A stretch of DNA of 64,000 nt from positions 153,896 to 217,895 of the forward strand of contig CAZJFL010000001.1 of assembly GCA_964545575.1 (NCBI GenBank), given 5' to 3'. How positions within the stretch are numbered: position 1 is the first letter of the stretch; each line of letters begins with the position of its first letter. Positions 39,901 through 54,900 of this stretch are shown here, in pieces. The position numbers were made by a program, and so were the translations under genes. This DNA is from an uncultured Planctomycetales bacterium (GTDB taxonomy: Bacteria > Omnitrophota > Gorgyraeia > Gygaellales > Profunditerraquicolaceae). The notes beneath the pieces were generated by a model. The model was not told the DNA's origin. It saw only the letters and a list, made by a program, of their open reading frames with translations, and searched no databases.

Positions 39901-42900
39901 GAGCTTATCTCTTAGCGCTGCATCGTCTGCGTGCAAAACATCTATAGCGGAATTATCCGGATCAGTTGCTTCGCTCTTAATTGTGTGTGTCAGATAGGGC
40001 TGGTAACCTTGCTTTAATAATTTAGTCACTGCCTTCGTATTTAAACGGCTCTCCAGGCGCCGCCTGATCATAGGGGTAGCTTCATCAGGAAAGCCTCTCT
40101 CTATATTCTGAAGAAATTCCTGATAATCGCCAAAAATATTCTTGAAGATTAAATGCGCGTAATCTATATTTCCTTGAGTATAATGGCGCAATAGTTCATC
40201 TATAAAGCGGTCAAATTTGCTATCCCGGATAATTAACTCTCTCTCTTCGGCCAAAAAGGCAGCGAAAATATCTTTATTTTTCCCTTTGACATAGGGCCGG
40301 TGTCCGAATTCATGAAAGAGCACTTTGGCGATAGCAGCCACAGCCACCAGTTTAGCCAGATCATCCGCAACAAGATACCACTTGATAACTTTCGCCAGAA
40401 ACTGCCGGTTAAAGATTATGCTCCGGCGAAAACGGGCAGCATCAGAATTTAGATTTCTGGCCACTTTATATTCTATTGACTGATTATCCGGCCGGCTGCC
40501 TAGCTCTGTCCAATAGCAGCATAAGGCATCATATTGACGCGCTATAGCAGCATAATGATCTTCGGACTGGCTGTCAGAGATTTTCAGAAGATTTAAAAGT
40601 TTAGATGCCTCGCTAACCAGGTGGGAGATTAAATCTTTATTCTGCTGGGCATAATCTGTATCATATCTAACCTCTGTAGCCCGCTGATATCCGCCGCTTC
40701 TGATATTGCTGGGCTGCAGTAAATCGTCTGGCGCATCTCCAGAAGTCTCCGGAGGGCCTTTTCTTTCTTCCTTCCAGACGCAACCCTTAAGCAGTTTGGC
40801 CTGCTCGGTATCCAAACCAAAATCCTGCGCCAGGGCCTCGGCCAGACCAGATAAATCTTCGCGGATAAGATGGATGCGGGATTTTTGAATGCCATTAAGG
40901 AACTTGCGCGTGCCAGCCAGTTTACGGCTACGCAGGGTGCGCGTTTTGAGCGCGTCTTTTAAATATTTGAATTCTAAGATATGGGCGTATAAAGAAATGG
41001 CCCCAAAGACAGGGTTGGGAATTCTTTTGCCACGCTTTCGCGGATGGTTAATTTTCAAGGGGATAAAAGCGGCTTGATAAAATTTTGCCCACCAGAGCGC
41101 GCGGCCTTGTGGAGACCCGCGCAAAAGTTGCGCCCGCTCCACAAAATAGAGGAAAGTTTCATTTAATAAAGCCATTCTGTCTATCGGCTCATCTTGCGCC
41201 AGTTCGCGCTGAAGCAGTTCGTCGCGGTAATGGCGCATCAGGGTCTGTAAAAATGCGGAGTTCTGAGCTTTCTTCCCAATCAGCGCCAGACAATCCATCG
41301 CCTTCTGGTATCTTTTCTTCTTCATCTGTCCCAGCGCAGCGTAAATCAGCTCATAGGTTCCCTGATATTCCGGTTCATCTTTGATGATATTCAGCCGGCT
41401 GATACCCAAAAGATTAGTACGCACCATTTCTAATTTCCGGTTTTTGATGAGGTTAATCACCCACTTCGCCCGGCCGGCAATTTTCTCGTTTCTGCGCCGG
41501 GCTAAGGCGCGCAGTTCTTCTAATCTGGTATTTTGCAGCTGCGCAATAATGCTTTCGTTATCGCTCAATCTTAATTGCAGGAATTCTAAAGCCAGATACA
41601 AAAGGTCAGCGGCGGTCTTTAAGTAATGCTGGCCGGCTGCCAAAATTGCCTCGGTAGCCGCCAGTAATATGCGGGCAATGCGCTTTTCTTCGGAAAGCAC
41701 AATATCCGTCATCCCGACCAGGATCTCCAGGGCGGTTTTAATCTGGGCCTGGGCATCGCTAAACTCTCCTTCGCTCAATTGATAATTTTTAGTTTTGATA
41801 AAGCCGTGTAGCGGCGAAAGGATCCCCAGGCATTTTTTCATTCTGCGCCGGTCAGCAATCTCAAAATCAATCTGCTCGTCAATGGCGCGGAAGGCCTCCC
41901 AGAGCGTGGCAAATTTTGATTCTCCGTATTGCAGCATCGTGCGCTTGCCGCCCTTGGGGATAACATGCCTTTGCTGCACGACCTTAATAAAAGTGCGGTC
42001 GCGGCGCACGCGCACCCTGCGGCGCTGCCGCTTGGCAATTCTCTCCCGGATTAACCTCAGCCGCGCGTCGCTGATGGCATGAATAACAGTAAATAAAATC
42101 CAGCTCGCTGCTGGCTCATTGCCTTTGCGAATCAACTCCACGGCTTCTGTAATTTGACGGTTGAGCCGGCTGACTAACCGGTTATATTGCCATTTATGAA
42201 ACTTATTCCCCGGATATTTTTCGGCAAGCGCAACTAATTCTTGGGCGAGCGCCTGCCTTTTCTCTATAGCCTCCCCTTCTTGCTCCTTTTCGGCTTTGCG
42301 CCGGGCCAAAAGCACCAGCAATTCTAAAGCCTTTTCATAAAGGTCCTCAAAATAATCGCGGAACAATATTTCATCTTGGTATCTTTTTTCCTTATATCTG
42401 CGGTCAATGGGCTGCCGGCGCAAACCTCCGCTATCCGCTGCCTGCACCATCGCTACCGGCATGACCAGCCCCGCCAGCAGGAACACCCATTCAAAACTGA
42501 GTCTTGAAACTAAACCCACCAGCCACGAGCGGATGCCAAAGAGATTAGCGGCGATGGCTCCGAGGATAAGGCCGATTGCCAAACCAATGCCCCCGAATAA
42601 AGCCCACCCGGTAAATCCTACTGCCACCGGATAGGCGATTTGGCATGCCGGCAGCGGAGACACTTTCCCGCTAGCTAATTCCACAAAAGAACCGTCAACG
42701 CCCCATTGATGAAACTTAACCGACATCTGCCTTAAACCTGCTCTATCAGGCTGTATATACGCTTTAATCACTAATGTCTTCTCGGCCGCAGGTATTTTGC
42801 TCTCCGCAATACACTCCATTTGAAGATGCGAATTTGCCTCATCATACAGCACAATCCTGTCTTTTTTGCCGCCTTCCTGCTCCATTTTGGAAAATAACAT

Positions 42901-45900
42901 TTTAAAATACGGCACGAGCCGGCAAAAGGGATCGGGTATTCGTTTTAGCTCTTCATAAATATCTGACAAGTTATAGTACATAGAATAATTGCGGAACATG
43001 CCGTCAACGGTCTGGCGGGAGGCGTCTCTTATCATGTCGAAAGACGCCTGGAGACAATCTCCTTGTATGACCAGAATGTTACGGTTTAAATTTAAGCCTA
43101 AATTTTTGAACGCTATTCCGTATGGAGGCACGGGGCCTCTAAATGCCGGGTCTATTGCTTTTGCCAAAGTTGTTTTACCTACACGCCCCTTTCCTCTATT
43201 ATCTCCATCTAAAAATATCAATACCGGACAATCCGGATTTTGCGGCCTCCATTCATTTTCGATGAATCTCTTAATGCTTGCTAATGCTTGAAGAATAGGC
43301 ACCCTTACCTCCCCCGCCTTATCTATCACAGGGACTGTCCCCGCCTTATCATTTCCTTGTTCTCCTAAGGGAGCTGTCCCTGAAACTGGTTGCTCTCCGT
43401 TACTGTCTAGGGGCACTTCTTGGTTCTGGCGAGAACCGTCCCTGTTAGGTAGGCGGATTTCGATGCGCGCGCCGCCTTCTTCGACGGAGGTAAATGAGCG
43501 AACCGCAGTAATTAAAGATACTATTCCTAGCCCTCTTAAGAAGATGCGTAGGACAGAGTGACGTATCATATATTCAGCGGGTAATTCATCGAGTGCTATT
43601 ATCGATTCGGCTACCTCCAGGCCGGCTGCCTGCAAAACATCCGAAAATTTCTTAAACCATCCGTATCGTTGTTCGCATCTGCGCTCGGTGATTACCGTTA
43701 ATTTTCCCCCATCATTAACTAACGGTGCAAGCATCGCGGCAAAACTATCATCACACATATCATTATTAACTTCGCGCCAATCCGGCGCCAAGATAAAGAC
43801 CTCATCAAAGCGAAGATTACCGAATAGCCTAAATTCCTCCAGGGTCAAACGAAGTAATACCACATCCTTCAGGCGCGCCCTTACAAGCCTATAGGCTACA
43901 TCGGTAGCAGGGCATTTTTGTGGCTCAAGCCCTATAATGACCGTCCTCTCATCCTTGCAATCTGCCAATCTGCGTCTTCCAAGAAGGAAACCTCCCATAC
44001 CCGAGCCTACCTCTAACACTAATCTGACCGGCTTACCCTCTATTATTGCCAGCCGGGTTTCTTCAGTTAACTTGTTACAGGCTAGCGATGGCTCTCCTAT
44101 CTTTATTAATTCCAATAGGCCAAGTAATCTCAGTAAGTTATTCTCTCCACGTCTAAGGTCCGCTTTTAGCATCTCTAAAAGTAAGAGTATTCTCCGTATA
44201 AATTCGGTGTAGTCAGTACATTCCTTTTCGGCAATCGCGCGAAGATAAGATATAATAAAGCCAAAATCCTTATTCTGCATCAACTCTGCAATAAAGACGG
44301 CTAACTTGGCCCTCACTACTCCATTATGGGAAGGTGGAGCCTTATCCACTGGAAGGATATTACCATAACTTTCATCTAATAATTGCTTCAGCGCATGTTT
44401 GAAGAAGGTAGCTACCTCCTCTATTCTTGCGGCGCTTGCGGGATATTTTTCGTAGGCCAGGCGGGCGGATTCAAGATGGGTCTTATGGTCTATAACTTCC
44501 AATTCTTCGTGAAAAGAGGCGGTTTCAAGGCCTTCTTTGGGATTATCTTTAGTTTTTTCTATAAATGGCAGGATGGTTGCTTCGGTAAATACAACGGCAA
44601 AGTCTTCTGTACGATCCACTCCAAAAATAAGCGGCTTATCCGGATTCTGTAAGGGCGGGCCGCGGCTAAAGTTAGCCTTACAGAACTTAACCTGCTTTTC
44701 TGCTGCGGTACGGATAGCGTATCCGGCAAATTCAGGTATCTCATCAAGCGTAATCCTGCCGTCAAGCACTGCCTGCTGATAAACTGCTATCTCCTCTTGG
44801 CTGCGGTCGCCGAAGAATCCTGCGGGCTCTTTAACTAATGCTTCCTTAACTTCCTCTGTTCCACTTATGCCCTGCCTTTCTAAAGCTGCTAATTCCAGAA
44901 TAATTCTCTGTATTAACGACGGAGTTTCCTTTAAGGCAAGTTGATATTGCTCTATGGCCTCGGCAACTTTCTCTTCGGTCATCAACCACCAGGCCTGGGC
45001 TAAAGATTCGCGAGCTTCCATGCTCACAGAAGGCTTAAGCGCAGGCTCATTCTTGATATCCCGTACCAGTCCCCAGAATAACCTCATCGGCGAAATAAAT
45101 TCATAATCATCTCCCGGGCCAAAGAAGAAACCCACGCCCTCTCTGCCCCCTATTCTTGCGGCGAATTCCCGCGCCTGCGCAAACATCCCAAACATTATCT
45201 GATGCAATTTTTCCAACAGTTCCCGCTGTGACGCAGGAAGCGGACCCTGTAAACTCTTTACAGCTTCCATTTCTTGCTTTAAGGTAACTTTTTCATCTCT
45301 CCTAATAGCAATAAAACCCGCCAGGAATTTACCTTCGGCAGAATCCCTGCTAATCCCTAAGGCATTCCAGACTGCGGCGTCAATAACCTTTTCATTTCTT
45401 AACTTCTCGCCCTGAATATTGAAAGTATCCGGATTTGACGCTCCCTTATAGCATCTGACATATAACTCATAGTAGACCCGGGGAGTAAAAGTCTTGCCCC
45501 AAACTGCTTCTTCCGGGTGCTCTAAAATATAGGCTGCCTCCGCAGAAAGGCCTTTTTTGTGCGAGGCGACCAGCTTTGCTTTTTCCTGCGCCAGCCAGGC
45601 GCAATCAAGCTGCGCCAGGTTTAATCCGGCCAGATTAGAATCGATTAACTCCTGGGCCGATTTATATTCTTCAGATTTTTCTATCTTTTCCCTGTACTGA
45701 CGATATTTTCTGTTGTGCGCTTTTAGAAGATCTACTGATTCCTCTTCGTACGTAAAGCAGATAAAGATATCATCAAATTTCACCTCCCAGCTTGCTTTCA
45801 TCCATTCCAGATAGGCCTGCAGGTTTCCTTCTTTGGCGCAAACCGCCAACTCCAGCAGGGTAGCCAGGTAATGGCTATCAAATAACGCCTCTCCTCTTTC

Positions 45901-48900
45901 GTGGACCGCTATATATTCTACGATTTGCTTAGGGAAAAATTTACTGTCAACCATAAGATAATAACGCCCGTTACTTAAAAACCCTCCGGCATGTTTCTTC
46001 TTCCACCAATATTCTATAAATAATGTTTCGCCGGCATAATCTTTTTTTATCGGCGCGGCATAGTCAAAGGATAAGCCGTGTTTAGCGTAATGCCTGATCC
46101 CTCCCGGCCGTTTTGCCACCCTCTCCCAGATCCGCGGGACTATTATTTTTGCCAAAGTATTCTCAGTTTCAATGTCTTCTATTTCTGCGTATAAATCGGA
46201 TAGATCGTCAAAAACTTCTTCGCCTTCCCCTTCCTCCGATGGCGCTTCGCCGATTGGCCCTCGAGCTTTCACTACTTCAGTAGGGACAGCGGAGGCATGG
46301 GTGACCCTTTGTTCCTCAGGGTAAACGGGCGAAGAGCCGCTGCCTTTACCCTGCCGCACCATCATCACCGCCACAGCGCCCAGCACAATCAGCCCCAGCA
46401 CCGGCAATACCCAGGGTGCAAGATGCAACGCCTTAGCCAGCGCCCCTAATATTACCGAAATCCTAAAAGGCGCAAAGGCAGGAAGCGTTGTTTTCGGCGC
46501 AGGGGCGGCAGGCTGCTGGCTAACAGAGAGCAAAGAAGAAACAGTTGGATCTATCTCCTGCAGGGGAATAACCTTAATATCTGTCCGGCCGTAGTTCTGA
46601 AGCAATACCGAAACTATGCCAATATATTTTTTATAGGTTGCGACAATTTCAATGGGCAATCTCTCTACTCTGTCCTCAAATACATGGTCTCTATGCAATA
46701 TGCCTTCTTTTATAGCCCAGTTGTCATAATCAGCCACGGGCTGGTCTTCTACCGAGAGTCCGGCTACAGAACCGATAATAATAACCGGTATCCTGGAAAG
46801 CTTATTAATCTCAGCTTGCGCATCCTCTGATAAATCAGCAAAATACCTCTGTATTTCAAGAAATCTGTCTAGCGCATTATTCACAGTTTCATCTGTAAGG
46901 TCACGCATAAAGGCCTTTGTCCAGCTCCTGACTTTTTCGTCAATATTGTCCGGAGCAATTCTATAACAAAACTGGAAGACCGTATCCCTTTCTGCGCTAC
47001 ATTCCGAAGCGTATTGCAGCGCCAAAACGGCATAATTATGTTTTTTATTTTTCATCGCCACTGATAAATTTATGGTCGATACCATATTTTCGGTTGTACC
47101 CGTAATAGCAAATCTTTCTCCCGAGAAAACTAAAAGTCCCCGCTTTAGAATCTCCTCTATTGATAGTAACGCTCCTGCTGTGGTTTCAAGTGCCCTCTTG
47201 AGAGCAAATACGTTAGTGCCATGGGCGTGATATTCTCTTGCGCTACGGCTGGCGACACCTTTACCTTGCTTTGCTATCCACAGCGCCGGAAACGGCAGGC
47301 CGAACGGCAATAACTCAAGAACTCGCGAACCCAATAACTCGCGAACTAACGCCGGCGGGCCGGTAGTAAAATGGCTAGCTAGCTGCTGCAGAAAATGCAG
47401 GTGAGAAACGGCAAATAAGGCTGTGCTGCTGATCAGCCCGATAACTAAAATTACGCCCAGTAATCCGATCATGGCAAAACCGCCAGGCGTAAAGCCCTCT
47501 TTGGGCTGGGGAGGGTCGGGGGAATCTTCGTCCTCGTCCTCCGGCACCACCTCAAAGCCGATGTTAATCTGATTTTGCTCTGTGGTATCAACTATCAAAT
47601 ATAATCTCATTCTTTGTTGCCCTAAGTAAGGCTTAGCTTCTTCAAGTATTTCCCAGCGAGCCCCAGGTAATGATTCCTCAAGCAGTATCCCTAGTTCAAC
47701 TAGCTGCTGCAGCACATCCTCAAGAGAATCTTCGTCTGAGAAAATACCCGCGAATTGCCAGAAACCGTTTGCGATACCTAATAATCTTTCCGTATATGCG
47801 CTTTTAGATATCGGCATTTGCGATATCGCAACTAAAACTTGCACCAATTCGGTTTTACAATATGCGTAATAGTCAAATCTCCGCTCACAGGCAAGCCGAT
47901 GGGCGACGTCCGGAGGAAGGCCTTGTCTTAAAGAGACCCATTCTGAGAATTCATGAGCGGCAACTTCTCTGCGCAATACCTGTGGAGTATCCTGATCAAA
48001 CAAGAGCCAGTGGATAGTAAAGATAAACTCCCCGTCTTCTTTTCTCATCTGAAATAAATCTGTATCTTTTTCGCCGACGATGACGGCCTTTACTCTTTCT
48101 CCTAATATCCCGCTATCAGGGGAATCATCCGACTCAGCGGGATAAAAATCATCCAGCAGCTCCTTAACCCAAGCGGGCAGGAATATTTCATCCTCGATAT
48201 CGAGCCCTTTTACTTTCTCCGTAGGCATTTTAAAAGTACCGCTTCCTTTTTCTTTAGTTAAAATAACTCTGGGCTTATCTATCTGCTTCAGGGATTTCTC
48301 GGCATAGGCGCGCGGCCTAGACATTTCTTTCTTATCTCTGGCTTCTTGGATAATCGCCGATTCTAATTGCTCAAGTGTCATTCCCGGCTTAATCAGGCCG
48401 CGAATCATCCTCGAGTCTGCGGTTGGTAACCTCTCTTTTTTTATCCTCGGCTTCATCCAGTAGTACATTGCTTCGGCGATACTCTTCTCTAAACGCTCAA
48501 TTAAACTCCGGAACACCCCCACCACTGCTTCTTCTATCTCTACTTTTTGTAATTCTGTCATGAAGGACCGTGAAAGCTTGGAGAAATCCACCACCTCGTC
48601 TACCCGTTGATAATTTTCAACTATATAATAAGTGATAATCTCCAACCAGATCCTTTCCTTTACTTCCCGAGCCCTCCCTCCTTCTTCCAGCGCATTCTTC
48701 AGAACCCAGGAATCATCTTTAGGGTAGAACCCTGCCTCAGTCAGCGCCGCTTTAGCCCGCTGCAGAAACCGCTCTGCAGCTATTCTCAGCAGGACGCGCC
48801 ACCCCTGCTCATCCCCGCCCTGCATTGCTTCTTTGACTTCGTCCAGAGAAACTTCCGCTAACGTCCGGAGCCTCTGCTGAATCGTAGCGTATTCTTTTAC

Positions 48901-51900
48901 GCAGCGCCTTCTTTCTATCCTATAGGCAAGATACCTAAAATATCCCGCCAGCTCAGCAGAAGGGAGCTTATCCAAATCTATGCTATCAATAAAAGCTTTT
49001 ACTTGTGTTAAAAAGGTATCAGGAGCAGTAACCCAGTCAAGGCAAGAAACAAATTGCCTGATTGCCTCTGAAAACGCCTCCCAGCTGCCGTTTGCGCCTT
49101 TATTCTTTCCCTTCCCTTTAGGCAGTTGCTCCCATAACCTTTTGATGATATCAAATATCTGCGGGTAGCTAATCCGGGCGAGGGCTGCCGGACAAAGCTT
49201 TATTACTCTGAGCCCCTTATCAAAATTACCCGTCTTTAAATAGGCACGAAGTAAATCCTCACCTAGGCAGGGATCATTCACTCCGGAAACTAAAATCTCA
49301 TTTAAATATCCCTCGGCTGCTTTAATCTCTCCCTTCTCTAATAAATAGGCGGCAAGCTCCAATCTAAACGCTATTCCTTTATCCGAGGTCAACTTTAAAC
49401 CGGTTTTTAACATTGTTAAGGCTAAATCTACTTTGCCTGCCGCACGATAAGCCCTGCCGGCGGTAAAAAGAAGTTCCGAGGCCGCTCTTTTTTGGAATGT
49501 TTTCGTGAGGTCGGCCATATTTTTGACTTCTCCGAAAGCAACCACAGCCAGGGCTAAAGATTCATCTGCCATTTCTTTCAACCCGGCGGTTTGCCCTTGC
49601 TGCAGGCGAATCTCCGTTATATCCCGGATCACCTCTGCTTTCAGGATAAGTAGTGAGGAATTTTCTTCCTCTTCAATCGCCTTATCCATTAATGGCAACG
49701 CTGATTCTAATAGCTGAAGCGCTTCTGTCAGCCGGCCGTGGGATTGATGCAGCGCTGCCAGAGAGCGCATTCCCTCGACCTGGAGATCTTCGCCGGCTTC
49801 TGCTAAAGCATCTTCAGCAAGAAGCCTTATGGCTTCCGCTTCATTGCCGAGCGCAGCGCAACAAATCCCCAGAGTCACGGTAATAATGGAATGGGGCACC
49901 TCTTCTTGCGCGGCAACTATCGCCTTACGCAAAGCATCTGCTGCCTGCTGATACTGGCGCCGGCGCAGAAAGTACATCCCTAAGCAAAAATATGCCTGCT
50001 CCATAACCTTAGCCCTTTCCTGCTCATAATAACGGCGCGCCTGATCTTTAGCGTCTGCGGGAATTATTAAGGGCGTCTCTTGCGCCTTTAAGACATATCT
50101 TTCTGTTTCCGGATAAAAAATAACCCCGTCTGACACTGCTTTTTCATACCAATAGTGGGCAATGCGTTTATAAGCAGAAGCGAGAAAATTAGGCGTGATG
50201 TACTTGCGGGCCTTCTCAGCATTAAGTTCCAAAAAGGTAACTACTTTCTTAAGATAGCCGATGGCTTTGTCGTAATCACCGAGATTGTAATAACAATGGC
50301 CGAGATTATAATTGCACATTGCCAGCAACGCAGAAACGTAGGTACTTTGCCGGAACTTTCCGGCTAGATTCTCTACCTCGGTCAGATACTTTATTGCCTC
50401 CTGAATTTCACCCAAATCAAGGCATGTCCCGCCTAAATTAAGGTAGGCGCGCATCCTCTTTGCATCATCGGTAAGCAGGCCGAGAAGCTCTAACAACGCC
50501 GCCTTTTCTCCCTGGCGATCCTCAACAGAAAGGCAGGAGGCGGCTTGAGCAAAGAGCTCTTGAATTCTATCCTTTGTCCCCAGCTCCTTAGCAAGCTCCC
50601 CCTTAAGAGTCGTAATCAGTTTGGTTAATTTGTTAGGATAGGCCACGCGGGGCTTTGCTGCCAGCTCTACTTGATTTAATAAATCTTCGGCAACCTGATA
50701 GTTTATTCCCGCAGCAGAAAAGGCTTTCACTAATACTAACTGAAAGACCATTAAAGCCATCTCGTCTCCTGTGTTAACTTTTGCTACCATAATGCCTGCT
50801 ATCGGCTGGAGTTGCTTTTGCTGAATCATAGCGGTGTATTCTTCTACAGTCAGTATCGCCTGCTGTCTCAATAGACTCCTCAGCGCATCTTTTCCTGCTC
50901 CTGATAGGCCTAACATAATCAGCAAACCGGTAATAGAATTATGGCCTATCCCAAGAAACGCTCCGATAAGAATTAATCCTGCCATCTGCGGCTGGGCGCG
51001 GATAAAACTCTCTAAACACTTTACAAAAGTCTTTAATAACTTAGCAAGAATACCCCAGAGGTATACTATTAATCCATAGCTCCATTGACGCACACTAAAC
51101 ATATTGCATACAAGAGCGCCGAGGAACAGGCCGACAGCAGCACCAATACCCGGCAGGCCCCACGCCATATAAGCAATCACTGCGCCGGTAAAAGCTAGGG
51201 CAATCGGAACGCGCATATTCGCTGTAGCATCGTTGATACTTGCGCGCTTCATTACTACCCCGGTTTTCGAATGTAATAATTTCTCTCTTTGCTCTCCGCT
51301 AAGGTCACGAAAGAGTATATGAGGCATAGTACAAAAGTTGAGATAGAGAGATAAGGGCGAGCCGGCAAAAGCAGGACCATAAATAATTAGGCCTTGCAAG
51401 AAAGGTGTTGGTTTCTCGGTATTTGGCTGTAGTTGTTTTCTTGCCGCATCAACTATATCCTTCGCCGCTGGATTTTCGGAATCTACAAGCAGCACATAAG
51501 GATAATCAATCTTCCTGGAAGTTAAATCTTCTGCATTTGTTAGCTCAATAACCCGGAATCCTTTTTGCGGCTGGGCAATCGCTGCCGTAGCTACGGCAGG
51601 CTGAGCTTCTTTTTGAGTGGGCGGCGCTGTTTCTACTCTGGCCTGCGAAACCTCCACTTCGACCTGCTGGGGCGCGGCTAATCCCTCTTTGATCCTGCTG
51701 ATAAGACTAGCTAGTCTGACGGGAGTGGCTTTTAGTCCGCTATTTTCTCGCGCTGCCTCTCTTTCTATATAATCAAGTATCGTAATTTTATCGGCATAAC
51801 GCATCCAGGTAGCTGTAAAGTTAACTGTATTAAAAGCTATTATCAAATTACGTATAAACCGCGCGGTATCTGGACAGTTGGGGCAATTGGCTACATTAAT

Positions 51901-54900
51901 AATTTCCTTAATCAGCCGGCCATACTGCAGCGGTTTTTCGCGCAACCCTTCCTTAATATACCTGATGTATTCTGCCAAATTGAGGACAACTAACCGAGCG
52001 GCGCTAGCGTCGTCATCACGCAGCGCTTCCCTGCCTCCGAGTAAATCGCTGTCGGAAATTACGCCGTAGATTTGCTCGTAAGCGTAGGGAGTCCTGTGCA
52101 TTGGTGGACAAACAAGCTTAAATTGCGCATTCCATTCTTTGCTTTGCACATCATAGGTAAGCAAGATAAAATATAACCTGCCTCCTTTCTCAATCACGGT
52201 GACAAAGCCGTATTTTCTTAAATCCTGCACATCCCTGGCCCTAAAACTTAACTGCACACCTAAATCTACTGACTCCTGCCTTAGCATCTCTAACCAAAGC
52301 CTTAACCCAAAGGCCTTGCCTTTAAGTTGCTCTTTCTTTAGGTGGTATTTATCTATTAATTTAGCTATCCACACTTCAAGATTGATGTCAGGAAATACGC
52401 GCGATAAGGCAATTAAGCCGCAATTTCCCTTGAGTGCCTCTATAAAAGCTGCTCTTGCGGCGGCTTCTTGCTCGGCTTTTACCTCTTTCGCTTGTTCGGC
52501 TATTCTGGCGGCTTCTTGCGCGGCTCTACCGGCGGCTGCTTCATCAATCCGGCGTGCGGGACTTTTAATTGTAGGCACGCGCTCTGCTTGCGCTACATCT
52601 CGAGTAGAAGAAAGCCTTTCTGCTGTTACCTCTTTACCTTTATCATCCCTACCAACCATCACATGGCCGTTAATCAACAATTCATCGATATTCCATCCTA
52701 TAAATTGATGTGTTTCCTCTTCATCGAGCAGACGATACCAAACCTCGCCCGGCTTAAGTACCTGAAGCATTAAAACCGGCTCGTTTTGGCCGGTCTCTGT
52801 TGAACTCTTCTCCATCATATTTGCTCTCATTATCGGATCATCGGGACTCATCCCGTCGGGAGTCTGAAATATATTCCCCATTCCATGGTTGGGGAAAAAC
52901 CGCGGAGAATTGTCATCCATCCGGCAAAAACGACAATCACGCCAACATTTAGAGGGTTCAATCTGAATTGCGCCGCAAGGCGCGCCGGACAATTCAATTG
53001 ACCGGGGGATATCTTTTCGGCTCGTAGTCGAGGCAAAGAAAATCAAACCAAGCACTTGTTCGCCGGGTACTCCTGCCGCCTCTAAACTGGCGATGATCGG
53101 CCCGGCAGCTACCTGAATAGGACTTCGATAAATTATTGGCGGATTTGTATCCCAAACATCTTCTCCTAAGGAAGCAGTTTTATAAACTCTCCTAAATCTT
53201 AATCCGGCAAAAATAGCGACCCTGGCTAAAACTATCGGCCAATCGTCTACGGGCATAAGACCATAGACTGGCTGCCCTGCTTCTTGAAGAAGTAAATCTA
53301 TTTCCGCCTGAAGGCTGTCTTTATATCTCTCAAGTGTTCTGGATATCCTCCTATATTGTTGACATAATTCTAAATGCTTCTTTGGTTCTGCTTCTAGTAT
53401 TATTTGGCTGACTATTTCTCTGTATCTTGCTGCCTCCCCTGCTTTACGTTCCTGTCCTTCCTTATTACCTTGCCCTTCTGCCTTCTTACCCGCCCTTTCT
53501 GCCTCTTCTGCCAGCTGCAGATTTCTTTGGATTATTTCTCTATTCTTTTCTCTAACTTTGCCCGCCGTCGCCAGAGACTTCTTAGCCAGTTCTCTATATA
53601 CCTGCGGCAATAAAGGTAATTCTGCCAAGAGAGACAGAAGAGTAGTGTGGTCATCGGTCTGATTTTCCAAGAAATGAATGAACTCATCTAATAGGGCATC
53701 CCAAAGAAGTTTCTTTAATCGGGGGTCTTCTTCTTTACCCATCAAATAATTCCAGAAAATCGGATGTAATCTAATGATTGCTAATGAGGATTTAGTGGCG
53801 GGAATAAATTCGGCAATATATCTTCTGCCTGTTTCGTCTATTTGGGTGGTTTGAGCAATCTCAATAACTACTCTTTCTTTATATTCTTGCTTCCGCCGTA
53901 ACGCGTCCTCTAAAGGCGGGGCGTGAATCAACATCGGTAGCAATTCTTCCAATAAGACCCGGCGAATACTTTCTGTTTCATCGCCGCTTAAATTTCCGGT
54001 GAGCGCCTTTAAGCCTACCTGCCAGTTGCTACTTATCTGCCCAAATCTGCAGCGAAGTTTTCTGGGAGTAAAATTATCATACCGGGCATCCCGCGTAATC
54101 CCCACCGGGTGGTGGCCGGGGCCGGGGCCGGCCGGCGGCTGGCTGGCCGGAGTAGTTTTGGCAGCCTGCCCGGTAACCTGTTCAATGGCCTTACCAATCA
54201 GTGCGATGGCTTTCTCATACTGTTCACCTGTTGTATTATATGCGCCGAAGCAATTTTTTATGCTTGCGCGAGCAAAAGAATGGATTGTGCAGCTCTGCGG
54301 CAATGACGCCCCTTTAACAGAAGATATAAGGGAATCATTCTTGCTCAGGAGCACGTAGGAAATGAACCTGTCGATCTCGAATAATGCCTTGTCTTCTGCC
54401 AGGGCAAGAAAAATAGCGAATGACTGCTTTCCTATCTCCGCCATAAATAATCTTACCTTTCCTTCCGGAAACAAACGGCAATCCAAATCCAGCAAAGCCT
54501 TATTTTCGGCAATCACGAAATACTCTGCTTCGGGGCTTTCCCTGATAATCCGCTCAATGAATCTGGAGTAGATAGCATCCTGGCCTTCGCCTGCGACCAC
54601 AAGGCTAATCCTCTCTGGTCCGATTTGATCTATTAGCCATTGATAGGCGAATTTGCTTTGCCAGGAATAAGAGGGGTTGCGAAAATCGCAGTCAGTGGCA
54701 AAAAAGCAAAGGGAAAGATTCCGGTGATAAGCTAAAAATGCCGCTATTACCCTGGCTGTATCCGGGCTAATGTTAGTTTTGCCTAAAGGAAAGATGACCC
54801 TGGCCGCTTGGAACCCCGGCTTAAGAAATGTCTCCTTGATGTAACTTAAGGCCTTTTCTCTTTCGACCACTTCTGAGTTTTCCTCCACAGCGATAACCAT

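Noticed and set aside
43271-43290. Tandem 10-nt ctaatgcttg x2
   Set aside because: Too short, at two units. It encodes QALASIKR within ordinary coding sequence and is likely chance.
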